A DNA stretch of 64,000 bases from Eledone cirrhosa (taxonomy: Eukaryota): positions 208,878,001 through 208,942,000 of the forward strand of contig OZ024740.1 in NCBI GenBank assembly GCA_964016885.1, in the 5' to 3' direction. A program made the position numbers and the translations under genes. Positions 12,901 to 26,500 of this stretch are shown one piece after another. The notes beneath the pieces were generated by a model that searched no databases, was not told the origin of the DNA, and saw nothing but the letters and a program-made list of their open reading frames with translations. Position 1 is the first letter of the stretch; every line of letters starts with the position of its first letter.

Positions 12901-15900
12901 TTTTGTTAAAATTTGAAAGAAAAAGGGATAAATGCCTACTGCCTACCTGAGTATATTCACCGCTCCACAAATGAAATAAAAACTCTCAGCGTCCCCCTTT
13001 CAACACAACAGCGCCCACGTTGGGAAACATTGGTCTAGCCAAACGCAGAAACACCTAGTTCCAAATCAAACTTCTTAACCATGCTGTATGCTTGTAATTT
13101 CCTTATAAATCTTGCTACATTCAACAAGTGCTTATAAATATATGGAAATATATTATATTTTCTGCTGCTAAACATATAGAAAGCATATAATGATCATGTT
13201 TATTTTGTGTGTTGTCATGAATTAGCATAGGGTGTAACAAAACATGTCTGTTAAAAGCTATGGGCAAATTAATATAGTTTATACTGCTATTACAGTACAC
13301 TAACAAGTATTATTATTTATAATCATCATAGTTTTTGTCTGTTTTTCATACCTGTATGGATTGGACAAAATCTTCTATGGCAGGTTTTCTATAGCCAGAT
13401 GCCATTCTTGATGCCAACCCATACTTTATTCTAATCATGGTATATGCTGCTCACATTTGTTGAAGGACATAAACAACTTTCATTGCTGACTTTGTAAAAC
13501 AATGTTGATCTGATGCTTAATGGTGATTGACATACACATACAATGGTCTTCTTTACAATTTTCACATACCAGATTCACTGACATCTGGATATAGTAGAAG
13601 ACACTGTCTCATGATGCCATGCAATTGGACTGAATCCCAAACCATATTGTTCCAAAACAAACTTCTTAACTATACAATCAATTATATTGACCTTAATTTA
13701 CACTTCATTCAATTAAAATTCTACTGTTAAGAATAGTTATCGTTTAAAAAGAGTTTAATCAAGTTTTAATTAATGATGATGTTGCTATTTGTATCATTGT
13801 CTTGTTTTTTAATGCACTTTTTTTTTTTAAATTAAAGCCTGAAATCAACAGTATGGCACCAAATCTTCTCCCTTTGCTTTTTAACAATCTGTTAAAAACA
13901 CTTCAAGAAAACCCTCAAAATATCAACGGTCTCACTAAAACTTACTATGCTCTGGAAAGAATCTGTGAGAATCTTGGTAAGGTTAGCTTTATTATAGTTA
14001 CACATTTATGCTTAGAAACTATACCAGCAACAATAATTTAAGATTTTTCCTGCTACAGCAGTGGTTAGTTTTGTGGGCTTCATGGCAGGCTCAGTACTCA
14101 TCATGGGGTTCTTTTTGAGGCAATATTTTACAACTGGTTGCCCCTTCCTGCTGTCAACCCTTTTAGTTACCTCTTATGACAAGCAACTATATAGTATACG
14201 TATTCTAAACCAGGTACACACATTTCTGCTGACATTATTGCTTTATTTCATTTTCTAATTACACACATGCCAAAGTCAACTTTGTTTTTGATCCTTTCAA
14301 AGTTGATAAAGTACCAGTACTGTATGGTTGATTAGCAGAATTAAGGTATTGAATGTGATACCTTACAGTAACTGTTCTCTCTCACTCTGTTTTTTTTTAG
14401 TTGAAATCTTCTTTTCTGTCACTGGTTAAATGGTGACATGATAGGACTGGACCTCATATCATTAAAACAACCAAGATATCTCCTTTATATCCAGTTTTCC
14501 ATGCTGACATAGGTTGGACATGTCCTTACACACCAAGCCAGGACTTATACCGACATACTGACCTCATCTCGCTTAATACATTCCATTTTTTGCATGGGTT
14601 CTTTCACTGAGTGCCCTCCTTATTCCAAATACTGCGTGCATTTTATCATGGCACCAGCATTAGAGAGGTTATCAAGTCCTCGGTGTGACTGCAAAGTCCT
14701 CTACTCAATGTTATTGTTTGAATGCCAATTACATAACAAGTACATTGTGTAGTGGCACCGACAATAGTGAGGCCACTTTGTTCCAAGGCAAATGTTTTGT
14801 TAATTAACTCTGCTCATCAGATATACATCAGAAGGCTTAGTCGAGTAAAAATTAAAAAATTGTAATTATAATGATCTAAAATAATTGTTTGCAGGGCAAA
14901 GATGATGTGATGTTTTTTTTTTCTTTTATTTCAAGGTGAAGCCATTCTCCCATTTTTACCAGATATAATGGATCATCTGATGAATGTGTTGAAGACTTCA
15001 TCCAGCTTAAAAACCAAAGAAATCGCAGTGAGTGTTATTGGAGCAGTAGGTGAGTTAGTTTTAAACATTCTTGTGAAATTCTTTAAATTTTTGTGCCGAA
15101 TCTAAAAAAAAGGGGGAGGGGTGGAAGATGCCAATTTTCTAGATTGGAAGATAGAAACTGATTTCATTGATCTTTTCCATTGCTGATACTCTCTGTTGGT
15201 CGCAACGTTTGTCTGAAGTGTTTCACTTTCCCAATCACAATAAGCAGGATTTAAGCTCAGAACACAGAGAGCTGGAACAAAATATTCCAAGCCAATCTAC
15301 TGCTCATGAACAGTTACTTTATTTATCAACCCCAAAATGGTGAAAGGTCAAGTTGAGCTTGGTGGGATTTGAACTCGGAGAACAGTTAGAACAAATACAA
15401 AACAATTCTTCCAAAGCTTTGACTACTAATTTGCCGTCCAATCAGTGTGATATATGATATTACCATTTTTTACTGTTCAATTATAAATTCTAGTGGCACG
15501 TCTAGTAAGCACCTCTTAACTACTTAATCCATTATACCCACTTCCATCACCCTTACACTGTAACGTTATGGTATCACAAAAACATGCAGCCCACACTGTA
15601 AAGTGGTCATGCAGGTATCACAACAAAAAGCACTCAGCCTGTAGGTGTCATGATTAAAAGCACCCAACCCACACTGTAAGGTGGTCATGTAGGTGTCATG
15701 ACTAAAAGCACCCAACCCACACTGTAAGGTGGGCTTGTAGGTGTCACAGCAAAAAGCACTCAGCTCACACTGCAAGGTAGTCATGTAAGTGTCATGACTA
15801 AAAGCACTCAGCCCACACTGTAAAGTGGTTATGTAGGTGTCATGACTAAAAGCATTCAGCACACACTATATATGGTTGGTGTTAGGAAGGGCATCCAGCT

Positions 15901-18900
15901 GTAGACATCTAGCCTGAAACAGCCCTATATGAGCAAGACATGGTCATCTGACCTGACTTTCTCTAATGGGACAACCCCTCTAACCCATGCTAGCATGGAA
16001 AATGGACGTTAAATGATGATGATGATGATTATGACACTGAATTATGTTCACCTGTGTGGTGTTTTGTCTAAATAGATTGAATCTATTTTAGTATAACCAT
16101 GTAAATAACTGAAGGCACTTGGCCCAGTGAGAAAACACTTTTTCCATCAGTCTTCCACTTTGGCTTTATTATCAGTTAATTAGCTCATTAGTTATTTGGC
16201 AGTTTTCTTTGATTAATCAATTTGTGTTTTTTCATCACAGCCTGTGAAGGTATTGATATTGATGTGCTGTTTCTGCACTTCTTCCTCAACGGCACTTTGT
16301 TCTGTGTATCAAAGCCTAATGATAAACTGATTAATCAATTATCAAATTATCTAATTGATTGATAATAAAACTGAAGAAAAAGACTGTGTGTGCACTTCTA
16401 TTCCCCTCTCCATAAGGTAGAGAAGTAATTTTAGTTGTGTCTATAGCCAGCAGCCTATCTGCTGCTGGTGCTAGTATAGAACGTACCCTGTACACCCTGT
16501 AGAGTAGTTGGTGTTGGGAAGGGCTTCCAACAATAGAAACCTTGCCAAAAAAGGTTCTGAGGATCCTTCAGTAACATCACATCTTTAGTGTTGATGCCAT
16601 AAAAAATGCTCCCAGTACACCCAGCAAGATGGTTGGTCAGCCAACGGTAAAGACCATGCCAGTCTTTGACACAACAACCACCATAGTGCTGGTGCCATGA
16701 TTAAATGCACCCAGCACACTGTGTAGCATGTCCAAACATGTGTAAACAAAATGCAGCCCTGGTTTGTGACAATCTAACTCTTTCTAGTAAGGAAATCGGA
16801 CATCTATCTCCTTATAATATATAACCAGCAATTTCTCTGTTTGTCTGTCTGTCCGACAGTGGAAACACGTGCGTGCGAATGTTTTTTGCGCACGCGTAGA
16901 GAGAGAGTGAAAGAAAGAGACAGACTACGAGAGGGGGATAGCGGGAGGGAGAGAGTGAATAGACGCTAAAACACGTGCGCGCGTGCGAATGTTTTTTGCG
17001 TAGAGTGAGAGTGAAAGAAAGAGGCAAACTACAAGAGGGGGATAGCGGGAGGGAGAGAGGGGTAATTGAGGAGTGCTACAGAAACATATATACATTTCTG
17101 TGTGTGTGTAATATATATATATACACACACAGAAATATATATACATTTCTGTGTGTAATATATATACTAGCAGAAAACCACGCGGTGGGCGGTTTTCTGC
17201 TAGTCTACCAATATATAATGCTCTTGTGGTTTTGTACGTCACGCAAAGGGAGGTAACTCACCTATGTTTCGGTATGTAAATATAAATACATACACACACA
17301 TCTGTGTGGAAGGAAGGGGGCTATGACAAACTACAGAAAAGGCGTTCGCTACACCTGTGTTACTCATACACACACACAAACACGTGTATTTTCTGAGTTT
17401 GTGTGTTCATAATAATTATTTTAACTAACATTCTTAGATTGGCTACACTTTTGTGAGTGTTTGTGTGTATGTGTTACCCTATGTACTTTTCATGAGTTGT
17501 AGTGCACCTGAGCACTGTACACAATATTTTCATTATTATTATTATTATTATTGAAATAAATTAGAATTATCAAAAATATAAAACGACTGCAGTTGAAAGG
17601 TATATACAAATACACATCTACCATTTAGGTGTCATTTTTGACGGCACGGGGCCAGCTAGTTAAATGATAATGATGCTGATGTTATGACTCTCTCAAACTA
17701 CAATATCGGTTTCAACATAGGATTTTACATCAAGATTCTTGCAAGATAAATATAAATACATCTTTTTTTGTCATATATCTAATGAAAACAACAGTCCACA
17801 TGTTTCAATTAATTTTTAAAATAATAATTTGAATGAAAAGTTACTTATAGAATTATGGAATGTTTTAATATAAATATGAACACTTTTAAACAATCAGTTT
17901 TGTGCCACAGATCCAATAAGTTTCAGGTGGGCTGATTTCAAACATTGATTAATGGAGATATTGAAAGTTTTGGTATGTTGATAATCGTCTTATAAAAATC
18001 TATTAGTGAATTATTTTCTATATTTATGCATGTAATTTATTTTCTAATTTCTCTAGCAAATGCTGCTGGTCAAGGGATGCAGCCTTATTTCCAGACAGTA
18101 CTCAACGATGTTAATGAGATTCTGAATATTGATAATGAAGACTTTCTTACTTTACATGTACAGGCTATAGGTATGTTGTCATAATTATCATAATGGATTT
18201 ATTGATTAACATTTGTCTTTTATGTGTTAAGGGACTGTTTTCTCTTGTAAAGTAAGTAATGTTGGAGTAGATTTTTAGTTTTTCTTTAAATTTCTGTTTG
18301 ATATATATGAGGGTCGACTGAAAAGTGTATAGGCTGACCAAGATATTCTCATGGAATGACCAAAAGAGGTTTATTTTTCAACATAGTCCCTGGAAAGAAA
18401 CAATGCAGTTATTAATAAGAGTTGAAATTAATGCTTGCAAGATTTTACAGTTCTAACATCACTCTTTCATGGTCAGCCTATGAAATTTTCAGCTGCCCTT
18501 TTATGTGTATGAGAGAGAGAAATGTGTGTGTGTGTGTGTGTGTACAGCCAATATTGTGTTAAGTAGTTCACTTTGCAACCACTTGGTTTCCAGTTCAGGT
18601 CTACTGTGTGACACCTTGGGCAAGTGGGTAGACAAATGCCTTGTAAGTGAAATTTGGTAGATGAACACTGGAAGTCTGGTGTGTGTGTCCGTGTCGGATT
18701 ATATCCCATAACTGAGCAGTTCAATAAAAAAAATATTGATAAGATAAATACCAGACTAGAAAAAATAAGTACTGGGATCAATGTGATCAGCTAAACCCCT
18801 TCTAATGACTGATTCCAGTAAAAGAATATCGAATGTGAATGGTCATTATATTGAAAACTCAATTGTGACTGAGTTTGATCTTTTTATTATATTCCATAAT

Positions 18901-19589
18901 TTGTCCTTTGGTTAGTTTGGAACTATAAGGTTCATGTGTCCATCAATGTTTCTAGACTTTCTTAGTCTTATCTTCTGTATGGTGGTAATTTGTGGCATTA
19001 TAGTGTATATACAATGCCACTAATATAGTTCACATGCTGTACCTTTTGGATTTCAATCTAGGCATAATGTGATTTATATTGTAATATGTAAGATGGCTAG
19101 TGATGAAAAGGGCATCCAGCTGTTGAAACCATACCAAGAAAGTGTCATGAGGACTCTTCAGCTGTGTTGTACACATGACATTCTTAGTGCTGGTGCCATG
19201 ATAAAATGCTCCCAGAGCACTCTGTAGAGTTTGGGAACGTATGTAAGCAAGAAGTAGGGCCCTGGCCTGTGTGAGAGGTCAGTAGCTTTGATTAAGTACT
19301 GACGTGGTCTGTAATGAATTGTTTAAACCATGCTAGCAGTGAAAAACATAAGTTAAATGATGGTGAGGATAATGATTTATAGTATAATTTTGTTTGTGTG
19401 TATGTGAAAACTGATTGAAGGGTTTTACTTTGACTTGTCTTTCTAGATACATTAGCTGTCTTGGCTCGTAACATTGATAGCAGTGACTTTCTTCCAATTG
19501 CTGATAATGTAATGCAAATGGGAATTCATCTCATCGAACAGAAAGATGACCCAGACTTGAGGCGATGTGTGTAAGTTGCAGCATTTAAA

Positions 19590-19620
<31 letters not shown>

Positions 19621-21360
19621 CCAGAAATTAATCAGGTTATTCCATTAGATAGATTTATTTATTTATTTATTTAAATCTTAACATCTTGTAATGATTTAAC
19701 AGAAAATATCTAAAAGCTTGTTAATTTAAATGTTTATAGTACTTTTACTAGTGGACAGATTGTTGTGAAATTTGCAATAAACCATAGTAAGAACGTCAAT
19801 TTCTAATGCAATACAGTCATAGTTACTGTTTTGGACATTTCAAGAATGTTTTGTTAATGCGGCTTTGTGTGGTACAGGACGATAGGGTTAATTTATTGTT
19901 TTGTCAGTGAAGGAAAGGCTGTGTCCATAACTCTGTCAAATGCTTGCAAAAGAATGAACTCTGTTAAAGGCAATCAAGAGCCAAGTGACAGATTAAAACT
20001 ACCCCCCAAGTAGAGCCACTGTTGGATTTGAACTCAGAACACACAAAACAAATATAGGGCATCTCAATCAGCACACTTAACATTTCCACTAATCTAGGTC
20101 CTAAACACCTTATTTTATTGACTCCTAAAAACATGAAAGGCAAATTTAACCATAACAGAATTTAAACTGAGAGCCGAAACAGCTGGAGTAAGGGCAATTT
20201 TCCTGCTAAATCTGTGGTTAGCCTTGTTAGCCTCATGACCAGTTTTGTACTCATCATGGTGTCTTTGTTAAAGTAATGTTTTACATCTAAATCTCTTTCC
20301 TAGTGCTAACTTTTCTAAGTCTCCTTTTATGACACCCTGGGATAGGGTGTACTTATTCTAAACCAGATACATACATTTCAAATATAAACAGGCACAAAAT
20401 ATTCGGGTATGTTGCTCACTGATTTCTTTTCCTTTCTGTAATCATTAGATATGGCCTGTTTGCTTCAATGTCGGTTTTGCTGAAAGACGAAATGGCTAAA
20501 TATCTCCCCGAAATCATTCCTGTTATTCTGAGTTCTGTGAAATCTTCAGAGGGTGTACAGGTAAGTAAAACTATTATTATTGTAATCTGGCAAAGGTTTA
20601 GCTTTGTAACCAGATGGTTGTTTTGTTATCTTATGTAATTGTCAAAACTCTTTTGTCACATTCTGTGACCATATCAATGACTATTTGTTTCTCCGCTGTG
20701 CCTCCTCTTCATTCTGGTCTTGTTTTGTCTACTCCAAAGACAAAGCAAGACCAGAGTGAAGAGAAGGTACAGAGGAACAAATAGTCATTGATGTGTTTAG
20801 CTTTGTATTTACCATAAAAGTGTGGAAATGTTTACCTGGGATTGGGAGACACTAGCTTGAAGGTATTCATTTATTAGCACAAAAGTCTGAAATCAGTCTT
20901 CTCCATATTCTGTTTAAAGTTAATAAGCTGGGGGGATTATTCAAGACATGAGAGTATATATGTTGATTATAGTGCATCTCTCTATCTCTCTCTTTCTCTC
21001 TCTCTCTCTCTCTCGCTCTCTCTCTCCCTCTCTCTCGCTCGCGCTCTCTCTCTCTCACTCTCTCTCTCTCTCTCTCTCTCGCTCTCTCGCTCTCTCTCTC
21101 TCTCTCTATATCTATATATATATATATCTATATATATCATATATATATATATATATATAATCTATATATCTATATATATATATATATATATATATATCTA
21201 TATATATCTATATATATATATCTATATATATATATCTATATATATCTATATATATATATCTATATATATATATATCTATATATATATCTATATATATATA
21301 TATATCTATATATATATCTATATATATATATATCTATATATATATATATCTATATATATA

Positions 21361-21425
<65 letters not shown>

Positions 21426-23264
21426 ATATATATATCTATATATATATCTATATATATATATATATCTATATATATATATATATCTATATATATATATATA
21501 TCTATATATATATATATATCTATATATATATATATATCTATATATATATATATATCTATCTATATATATATATCTATATATATATATCTATATATATATA
21601 TCTATCTATATATATATATCTATCTATATATATATATCTATATATATATATATCTATATATATATATATCTATATATATATATATCTATATATATCTATA
21701 TCTATATCTATATATCTATATCTATATATATATATCTATATCTATATATATATATCTATATATATATATCTATATATATCTATATATATATATATCTATA
21801 TATATATATATATCTATATATATCTATATATATCTATATATATATATATCTATATATCTATATATATATATATATCTATATATATCTATATATATCTATA
21901 TATATATATATCTATCTATATATATATATATATATATCTATATATATATATATCTATATATATATATATCTATATATCTATATATATATATATATCTATA
22001 TATATATATCTATATATATATATATCTATATATCTATATATATATATCTATATATCTATATATCTATATATATATATCTATATATATATCTATATATATA
22101 TCTATATATATATCTATCTATATATATATCTATCTATCTATATATCTATCTATCTATCTATATATATATCTATCTATATATATATCTATCTATATATATA
22201 TATATATATATCTATATATCTATATATATATATATCTATATATATATATCTATATATATATATATCTATATATATATATATCTATATATATATATATATC
22301 TATATATATATATATATCTATATATATATATATATCTATATATATATATATATCTATATATATATATATATATCTATATATATATCTATATATATCTATA
22401 TATCTATATATATATCTATATATATATCTATATATCTATATATATATCTATATATATCTATATATCTATATATATATCTATATATATATATATATATATA
22501 TATATCTATCTATATATATATATATATATCTATCTATATATATATATATATATATATCTATATATATATCTATATATATATCTATATATATATATCTATA
22601 TATCTATATATATATATCTATATATATATCTATATATATATCTATATATATATCTATATATATATCTATATATATATCTATATATATATATCTATATATA
22701 TATATCTATATATATATATATATATATCTATATATATATCTATATATATATCTATATATATATCTATATATATCTATATATATCTATATATATATCTATA
22801 TATATATCTATATATATATCTATATATATATCTATATATATATCTATATATATATCTATATATATATATCTATATATATATCTATATATATATATATATA
22901 TCTATATATATATATATATATATATCTATATATATATATATATATCTATATATATATATATATATCTATATATATATATATATATCTATATATATATATA
23001 TATCTATATATATATATATATCTATATATATATATATATCTATATATATATATATATCTATATATATATATATATCTATATATATATATATATCTATATA
23101 TATATATATATCTATATATATATATATATCTATATATATATATATATATATCTATATATATATATCTATATATATATATATATATATCTATATATATATA
23201 TATATATATCTATATATATATATATATATATCTATATATATATATATATATCTATATATATATA

Positions 23265-23301
<37 letters not shown>

Positions 23302-23502
23302 ATATATATATATATATATATCTATATATATATATATATATCTATATATATATATATATATCTATATATATATATATATATCTATATATATATATATATA
23401 TCTATATATATCTATATATATCTATATATATCTATATATATCTATATATATCTATATATATCTATATATATCTATATATATCTATATATATCTATATATA
23501 TC

Positions 23503-23533
<31 letters not shown>

Positions 23534-26500
23534 AATTTAGCGAGAATCGCATTTCGGCGAGTAGAAATTAGCGAAACGCAACTTCCGTAATGTGTAGACA
23601 AGCGCTCCATGGAAATGAAGAAGATACCAGAGCTATAAACATAAGTTAAAAGGTCATACAAAGCTGAGACGATGGTTAAGAAGCCATTAACCACCAGAGC
23701 CAAATAAGCGAACAAGCTAACGGGTCAAAAACAAAATAAGATATGATTGAAATAGTTACCCGGACCCTTGGGGAAGATGGAATACTCCGAATTTGGGTTT
23801 CTGCAACACCTAAATCAATACTGTCTGCTTATAAAGAATAAGCTTTTGGTATAATGATCGAACAAGGCATCGCTTTCTCAACAGGCATTTTGTTCTTCGT
23901 GGTCCAGAATCTCACGGGTTATGAAAGCACATGTGAGGTTTTAAGGGGAGAAAACCCCTATTTTGGCCAGTGAATTCAGTGTGTGTAGTTATTGCAAAAA
24001 TTTGCAAAAATAGCACAAAACGAATAAAGCTCTCTCTCTATATATATATATATTGCAATATATATATATATATATTGACTCTAATAAATTTGTTTCTAAT
24101 TATACATATAGCTTCAATACAAGGAGGATGTTGATGACATTTCCACTGCCAATTTAATTGACATTGATGATGATGAGACTACTGAAGAAAACTTAGGAGA
24201 GGTTGATACTGAGTCTGAAGAAGATGAAGAAAAATTATATGTGTATGTTTTATTAGTAGTTTTCTTATTCACCAATATTTCACATATAAAATGTTTACAT
24301 TTTATTTCAATTAATAAGTCCACCCCATAAAGTGGTGTTACAACAAAAAGCACCCAGTCCACCCTGTGAGGTGGTAGTTTTGGTGCAACAACAAAAAGCA
24401 CCCAATCCATTCTGTAAAGTGGTAGTGCCGGTGTCATGACAAAAAGCACCCAATCAATCCTGTAAAGTAGTAGTACTGAAATCATGTTAAACTTCTTCCC
24501 AAAACTGTATGAACAATATGTGAACACCTGTCTTGTCTAGCCTCCGTACAATGCAACCCATCTAATCTATGCAAGCATGGAAAATAGACATTAAATGGTG
24601 ATGATGAATCAATTAGATTGATTTGAATTCAACTTTTACTTTAAAATATTTGTAAATGAAGTCGTTTGATTAGTTCATTGTCAAATCATGTTTACCTTGG
24701 AACAAGGTGACTTTGCTAGCATTGGTGCACTCCATAAAGTGGTTGCTATTAGAATGGTGAGAACATAGAGTAGAGCAGACTCTTCAGTCATGTCAAGGCT
24801 CTGACAACTTCCCTAATGCTGATACCTTGATAAAATACACCTAGTAAATTCTGTAAAATGGATGGCATTTGGAAGGGCATCCAGCTATAGATATTTGCCA
24901 AAAAGGATAGAGAGGATTTGTCAGACATAACATTTTCTCTAGTGCTGATGCTATGATAAAATGCATCCAGTACACTGTAAAGTTGTTGGCATTAGGAATG
25001 GCATCCAGTCATTAAAACTAAGCTTAAACTGGAACACTTTGAGCAAGATGGGGCCCCTCAACCTGCCTTGGATGATTGTGGCTCTTACTAATCACTGAGT
25101 GGATCAGCAACACTATCCAACCCATGCTAGTATGGATAACTGGACATAATATGAATAATTTATTATCTTAGCTATAAGAAAGGAGTGTGTGATTGCATCC
25201 AGAATATATTTTTTTACCCCGTTTGTAAAATAAGTTGGATTACTTTGAATAAATAAATAATGAATATTACATAATTTATGTACTAAATTTCTTGGCTGTT
25301 GATTAAATATATTTTATAGCTTATTTAAAGATCTTTAAAATTCACTTCTTTAAAATGTTCAAATGTCAACACTTCCGGTTGGTGGCCGTTATATTGTAAC
25401 ACTTATAATCGCATATATTTCTGTCGCTAAGTTTCTCCTAATGCAGTTTATATATAATATCGTCTTTTTTTAATGTATCATGGATTACGTTACTGATTAC
25501 ATAAGACAGTGTAACATAGACTTCGTTCAATTTCTGTGTATATTGTCAATTACGATTTTATTTGATGTATCATATTTACATGTAAATATACTTGCATATA
25601 ATATCAATATGCACACTACACATACTAGCAGAAAACCACCAGTTGGGTGGTTTTCTGCTAGTTTTGTTAATAAGAGAGCATCACTTTATCATTTGTTTTA
25701 GTTTTACATTTTGTAACTTTAAGTTCTGTTATGTCTGGTTGAAGTCTTGCTTTAGACTAATGGTTCCAAAATTTATTTGTATGAGTTTGAAACATTTTTA
25801 CAGTCACCATCACTTTAAGTTAAAAAAAAAAACAATCAATATGAAAAGATATAGATATATAAGTTGCCTTATTTAATGGCACTCCATAACATTTTCATGG
25901 AACCAACTGTGGGAAACACTAGTGTCAACATAATTTAATACTCCAGTGTCTCCATCTTAATTGGATATTAACTTTTAACTACATTGAACTTATTCTAGTT
26001 ATAGGTACTTTTCTAATTCTATTTATATATAAGGGGTTTATTTTCATCTTAATTTCGTAGCAATATTTGTTGATAGATTTTATTTATTAAACATCTGAGA
26101 CATATATTTTATTTTATTTTATTTTTGTATCTAGAATTCAAGTTGAAAATTCATTTGTTGATGAAAAAGCTGATGCCTGTACTGTTTTGGGAGATCTTGC
26201 TATTAATATTGGGTAAGTTTCTCTTTATTTTCCAATCCAATCCCTTCTCACTCCTTTTGAAAGAACCCCTCCCTGGTTGAACACCACTGCTTTCTGTTTG
26301 GTTTTGGTCATGTCAGAGGTATAACCATACTCACCACACTTGACCAATTGCTGGTTGGTGAGACTATTTAACCCATATTTGGGGTTCTCTGGTCCTCTTT
26401 ATTTTAGTAAACAGAAATTGAATATGTCAGTAAAGACATGATATATATTCCAAAGAAAACTGCAATGGCTCTTTATTCTATCTGGGAAGACTAACTCTGT

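Noticed and set aside
15568-15870. CRISPR-like array or 16-aa repeat protein (ORF 15566-15862)
   Set aside because: Contiguous degenerate units without unique spacers, derived from a retroposon body, in eukaryotic intronic context
16148-16386. Structured RNA
   Set aside because: Only loosely matching inverted ends; more likely an old MITE
23760-23810. Second hammerhead ribozyme
   Set aside because: Core boxes are too degenerate (no intact CUGANGA or GAAA)
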